Source: a virus
Taxonomy: Duplodnaviria > Heunggongvirae > Uroviricota > Caudoviricetes
Length of the DNA stretch: 64,000 bases
IMG/VR virus record: IMGVR_UViG_2718218139_000001
Direction: 5' to 3' (one strand)
Positions 59,841 to 64,000 of this stretch are shown piece by piece (within the stretch, counting starts at the first letter, position 1; each line of letters opens with the position of its first letter). The translations under genes and the position numbers were made by a program. The notes under the pieces were generated by a model. It searched no databases, had not been told where the DNA came from, and saw nothing but the letters and a program-made list of their open reading frames with translations.

Positions 59841-60496
59841 CTACTCTAACGACAGCATACTTACAGCAATTGGTATTTTTTGCAGGCGAGGCTACTTGTC
59901 ATCCTGACGCAAACTATTTATTGGAATTTGAGAGGTTAGCGTCACCCGGTATCGTTCTGGAACTGGCCCAACAGGTGCTGGCCTTGAGACAAAAAGAGCA
60001 ACATAAAAGTAATACGTGTAGATTGAATTTTGAGCAGTGGCTGGAACAGCAACGCGGAAAAATCGATGTGGACTGTGGTTGTGTGTCCACTGAAACATTC
60101 ATGCACTGGCTGCGGGTAGCTTACGAGGCTGGCAACTATCCGGATATTCCGGATAGTTCGGTGCCAGCGCCAGGAAAGGGCGTCACCGGTGAACGTATCC
60201 GCATTAAGCCGCATGTTTATCGCGAACTGGTTAACCGTCTCCACGATACAGCGATCAAGTGTGCTGGCACCCAGCAATTACGAGAAAGAATTAGCCGTGT
60301 TTTGGGCGACGTTATTACGCCATATCATCATAAACAAGCCGAGAAAAGCGGTCTGGAAAGGTGTCATCTTGAGGCAGCATTAAACATTAAGCCGGGGCAT
60401 ACGCTTGGCATTATTGATGCACTGTTGGTTCATAAGATGGCCAGGGCTTTATTGTCGTTGGTGGACGCTGGTGATACAAGCGAGGGTGAAGTATGA
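59822..60496 (+). CDS. hypothetical protein
   Basis: ORF track 224 aa. Confidence 0.5.
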   Translation: MAQKEMTTLTTAYLQQLVFFAGEATCHPDANYLLEFERLASPGIVLELAQQVLALRQKEQHKSNTCRLNFEQWLEQQRGKIDVDCGCVSTETFMHWLRVAYEAGNYPDIPDSSVPAPGKGVTGERIRIKPHVYRELVNRLHDTAIKCAGTQQLRERISRVLGDVITPYHHKQAEKSGLERCHLEAALNIKPGHTLGIIDALLVHKMARALLSLVDAGDTSEGEV

Positions 60497-60855
60497 GAGT
60501 TGCAGATCACATCAAACACCTTGAAAGAATTATCGAAAACGGTGAACTCTTAAGAGATCAGATGAGACGCACGGCAGAAGCCAGGGAGGCGATAATCCAC
60601 AGTCAGGCTGGTAAATTAAAGCAATTGTCAGAGATTAACACGCTATACAAGAACAGACGTAACCGGGCGGTGATGCGGCTTCAGAAAGCACGTAATGAAA
60701 TTAAATTGGTGGAGGCAAAACTGAAAAAACAGATCCAGCGTTACGATCAGCAAGATGCTTTTTATGCCGCCATCAAGGCGGCTGCTAATGAAATAGGCAT
60801 CTGGAAGTTGCTGGTGGAGAAAGCAAAGACGAAGTTAAATGCCAACGAAAGCTGA
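60493..60855 (+). CDS. hypothetical coiled-coil protein
   Basis: ORF track 120 aa, last gene of operon. Confidence 0.5.
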   Translation: MRVADHIKHLERIIENGELLRDQMRRTAEAREAIIHSQAGKLKQLSEINTLYKNRRNRAVMRLQKARNEIKLVEAKLKKQIQRYDQQDAFYAAIKAAANEIGIWKLLVEKAKTKLNANES

Positions 60856-60930
60856 ACTACAGGTGCCCACCAGCACATACAGAAAATGATTGTTTCCACA
60901 TCAAGGAGATTTTAATGTTTCACTGAAACA

Positions 60931-61068
60931 TTAAGTAAGCCAGTGCATAATTCCATTTTTTACTGACCTTAAAAGCAAAATCAAAACGATGATGAGGATA
61001 ATAGCCAGAATCTGGCTAATAATAGGCGCATCTAAAAATGCACTCAGGAACTGAAAAAAAGCGTTCAT
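60931..61068 (-). CDS. 45-aa hydrophobic peptide
   Basis: MNAFFQFLSAFLDAPIISQILAIILIIVLILLLRSVKNGIMHWLT; single TM helix; in otherwise non-coding AT-rich region. Confidence 0.3.
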   Translation of the reverse strand: MNAFFQFLSAFLDAPIISQILAIILIIVLILLLRSVKNGIMHWLT

Positions 61069-61930
61069 TCAGGTGGTTCCTTGTCAAATGTAAAGGTGCA
61101 CTTGCTCACGTTGACGTAGAAACCCAACCCCTATATAGTTGGATTCGGTGAATGAAAGTCGTTAACGTGAGCTTACGGCACATGTTTTCGGAAAAACATC
61201 AGGGAACGGCTAATTCCTTGATGCGGGTGGGGTCTGTAATGCAGACCCTATCTATTAACGTCATGATTGCATCTCAAATTTTCTCCTTATCTTCAATTAA
61301 TCTACATTCATTTCATCTGTTAGCCACCACAATATGTAGAAAATGGCCCTCTTGCAAGTGCATAACTTTGTGGATAACTCAGGAAGGAAAAAGTGGCTTT
61401 CGCGCACCTTCGGTCAGACAAGGTGTCCGGGAAAGTCAACGCAAAGAAAAAAATTGTTAAAAATAACGTTTGTTGGAATTGTATATTTTTATCCCCTTCA
61501 ATGGTTAGCATTCTATTAACATCTTTTTTTAGAGACAGAAAAACATATCGTAACAACATATATACAGTATTAAGAGGCGAGTATTATCCTGCGGTGGGAA
61601 TTCTGGGCGCTGTTAGATTCGACTTTCTCAGCAGGATTACATCGTCAACTTGCGACGTTGCCGTATGACTTTCGTGTAATAGGTGACAATGATGCGGCTA
61701 GTGAGTTACTTGTGAAGTTTTTCGGAAAAGGTTTTGTGGCCTCGGATCTTGATGAGCTACAGCAACATGAAGTGTCTAATTTGATTTTTAGCCATAGCCA
61801 ATAAGCCTCCCTCCTCCATCAAGGCCACAATTTGTGACCTTAAACAATTTGTTTTCTGCTTTTTCTTATTTGAGAAAATAACGTTGTTGACAGCTAATAG
61901 GCTCGTTGTTGTTATACATGCCTGTATAGA

Positions 61931-62287
61931 TTATGACCGTAAATTATTAGCGGATTTTAAGCCATATTCACCGTTGTAGAAATTACTCATGTTCCATTCA
62001 TTGGGAAGCTCTTTTCTGTCCAATGTATAGTGGCGCACGATATAACGATCTTCATCTTCTTCGATGGACAGGCGGACATAGCCAATGTGAATCACCGATA
62101 CGGGCGGTGTTCGTATTGCATAGATGTCGCGGAGATATACCGGTAGCTCGACAAATGCATCAGGTGCATCTGTGACGCTCGTTTTTTCACAGTATTCATA
62201 TAACGCATCGTTGATATCGTTAAGAGATTCATGATCGTATATTTCCAGGTAATTACCGCGATCGCGATGGTACTCGATTTTAGCCAT
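61931..62287 (-). CDS. hypothetical protein
   Basis: ORF track 118 aa. Confidence 0.45.
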   Translation of the reverse strand: MAKIEYHRDRGNYLEIYDHESLNDINDALYEYCEKTSVTDAPDAFVELPVYLRDIYAIRTPPVSVIHIGYVRLSIEEDEDRYIVRHYTLDRKELPNEWNMSNFYNGEYGLKSANNLRS

Positions 62288-62872
62288 TCAAAATCCCCTG
62301 TTATCGTTTTGCATTTCTCTAATCCGGTTCAGAACTACTTCATGCTGGGCTTGGATAGCGGCTTTTTCGTTTTCAAGCCGGGCGATAGACATCTCCAATT
62401 CTTTGCTGTACCAGGCGAGCTGGGCCAGGTTCATCCGGTTGTGGTCGAGAGTTGGAGACACTTCGACGCGATCCCTTTCTTCCTGCTTTAATGAGAAGAG
62501 ATTCATCTCATCCCTTGAGGAAAATTCAGCAACAATTTCTTGTTGATGATCCGGTCGCTGCGGCATCCTCGCCAGTATAAATGGCGGTTCTTTTGAAAAC
62601 ATGAATGTCGGTTCAGACCGTGTTTTTACCCAGCTTGCCTGCTGTCTTTCGGCAAGTTCACAGGCTTCATCATAGTTATCTGCCAAACAAAGCACGGATG
62701 GACGGTCCCACGCCCCACCATTCAGACAATAAACTACAATTTTCCCGTCAGGTTGTGTAACCCCATATGGATGGTCCCACCAGGCGTCCAGCTGAGCTTT
62801 AGAGCGTTTCTCGTTAGGAGTGCAGTCAAAATTTTTGGGCAATACAGGATCGAGAGGAATGCGATTAGGCAT
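62288..62872 (-). CDS. hypothetical protein divergent from humD (possibly LexA-regulated)
   Basis: ORF track 194 aa. Confidence 0.5.
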   Translation of the reverse strand: MPNRIPLDPVLPKNFDCTPNEKRSKAQLDAWWDHPYGVTQPDGKIVVYCLNGGAWDRPSVLCLADNYDEACELAERQQASWVKTRSEPTFMFSKEPPFILARMPQRPDHQQEIVAEFSSRDEMNLFSLKQEERDRVEVSPTLDHNRMNLAQLAWYSKELEMSIARLENEKAAIQAQHEVVLNRIREMQNDNRGF

Positions 62873-63008
62873 AGCTAATTCCTTATTAACTGATTGGCAA
62901 CGAGGTTACGCTGATCCCGCGGTGATGAATAGTAGCAAAGCGCACAAAAATCATCAGCGGTGGTTGATGTACATAACGCGTTTGCACCAAAGGTGCTTCT
63001 TTAATGTA

Positions 63009-63028
63009 TACTGTACAGATAAACAGTA
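63009..63028. promoter_or_regulatory. LexA operator (SOS box)
   Basis: TACTGTACAGATAAACAGTA, CTGT-N8-ACAG, 19 bp upstream of humD ATG. Confidence 0.75.
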
Positions 63029-63046
63029 TTTTTGAGGTAAAACGCT

Positions 63047-63436
63047 ATGGGTTTCCCTTCTCCTGCGGCGGATTATGTTGAAAGCCGAATTTCTCTTGAT
63101 CAGCAGATAATTAGACATCCATCAGCAACCTACTTCATGCGGGCAGCTGATAGCCATCACCGTGAGGGAATATTGCAGGGTGCTTTGCTGGTGGTTGATT
63201 CTTCGCTTACTCCAGTTGATGGTTCGCTGCTTGTGTGCGCTATGGAGGGTGAATATCGCATAAAGAGATACAGGAAGTATCCGCGCCAGCACCTGGAGGA
63301 TTTAAGCACCGGGAAGAAAGAGGCGTTACCAGTAGATGACGATGGATGCACGGGCAGTAATGCTGTTTTTGGTGTGATCACTCATGTCATCAATGATGCC
63401 CGAAGTGGGGAGTTTGATGATTGTCCGGTTATTTAA
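63047..63436 (+). CDS. humD: UmuD'-like SOS mutagenesis protein HumD
   Basis: 129 aa; LexA/UmuD peptidase fold motifs, lacks N-terminal cleavage arm. Confidence 0.8.
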   Translation: MGFPSPAADYVESRISLDQQIIRHPSATYFMRAADSHHREGILQGALLVVDSSLTPVDGSLLVCAMEGEYRIKRYRKYPRQHLEDLSTGKKEALPVDDDGCTGSNAVFGVITHVINDARSGEFDDCPVI

Positions 63437-63508
63437 GCTGCAAAGGGCTGGTGCTTTATGCCTGTGAGGTTTATAATTGTGTACACATAACGAGTACACG
63501 AGGTATTT

Positions 63509-63730
63509 ATGCAATCCATTAACTTCCGTACCGCGCGCGGCAACCTTTCTGAAGTGCTCAACAATGTTGAAGCCGGGGAAGAGGTTGAAATCACCCGCAG
63601 AGGCCGTGAGCCAGCAGTAATTGTCAGCAAGGCTACTTTCGAAGCCTACAAAAAAGCGGCGCTGGATGCTGAATTTGCATCCCTGTTTGACACCCTGGAC
63701 TCCACCAACAAGGAACTGGTTAACCGATAA
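63509..63730 (+). CDS. phd: antitoxin Phd
   Basis: 73 aa [39 protein letters not shown].. as recalled for P1 Phd. Confidence 0.9.
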
Positions 63731-64000
63731 TGAGGCATATATCACCGGAAGAACTTATTGCGCTTCATGATGCGAATATAAGCCGCTACGGCGGCCTGCC
63801 TGGCATGTCAGATCCGGGCAGGGCAGAGGCCATTATCGGGAGAGTTCAGGCCAGAGTTGCCTACGAAGAGATCACCGACCTTTTCGAAGTCTCCGCCACC
63901 TACCTGGTGGCTACAGCGAGAGGGCATATATTCAATGATGCCAATAAGCGTACCGCGCTAAACAGCGCGCTGCTATTTCTACGCCGTAACGGGGTGCAGG
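63730..64000 (+). CDS. doc: toxin Doc (Fic-fold kinase), 3' end truncated by window edge
   Basis: [30 protein letters not shown]..; ATG overlaps phd stop; runs off window. Confidence 0.9.

Noticed and set aside
61152-61668. ORFs of 102, 79 and 91 aa in the AT-rich region
   Set aside because: Low-complexity, stop-poor AT-rich sequence; no start context and implausible composition.

Overview
The window is a contiguous 64-kb segment of a P1-family phage-plasmid (a temperate myovirus maintained as a low-copy plasmid). This identification rests on gene content read from the sequence plus recall of P1 proteins (RepA with 19-bp iterons, ParA/ParB/parS, Sit, Ban, HumD, Phd/Doc); no database search was run. 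Order of modules: (1) tail-fibre variation locus, seven promoterless tip cassettes (62-3388, +) facing the expressed tail-fibre gene and its Tfa chaperone (3394-6584, -), with a hix/gix/cix-like crossover site at every junction; (2) tail, baseplate and injection genes including the Sit transglycosylase (6596-15271, -); (3) a low-GC three-gene exported-protein island at the position of the P1 sim locus (15426-17683, -); (4) immunity-I region icd-ant and kilA-repL lytic replicon (17780-21212, +), followed by a hok/mok-like type I toxin (21632-21845); (5) head and tail late genes (21962-27281, -); (6) partition parS-parB-parA and iteron replicon incA-repA-incC-oriR (27419-31420); (7) an operon with a lipoprotein and a PAAR-like protein (31457-33570, -); (8) uhr, rdgC-like hrdC and a bifunctional DNA methyltransferase (33740-36937); (9) tRNA cluster (Asn, Tyr-like, Thr, Ile2) with decayed tRNA-like elements, tciABC, ban helicase and dbn (37611-42022); (10) baseplate-type late operon (42069-46820, -); (11) a long operon of small early/accessory genes with glycosyltransferase-like paralogues, phosphatases, nucleases and Ea22-like paralogues (46967-60855, +); (12) LexA-controlled humD and the phd-doc addiction module (63047-64000, doc cut by the window end). 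Nine strong matches to the P1 C1-operator consensus and four copies of a late-promoter-like motif are visible. No rRNA, CRISPR array, IS element or integrase was seen. The most unusual feature is the eight-state tail-fibre tip switch. Coordinates of non-ORF features were derived by hand and may be off by 1-2 bp; protein family calls are from motif recognition.
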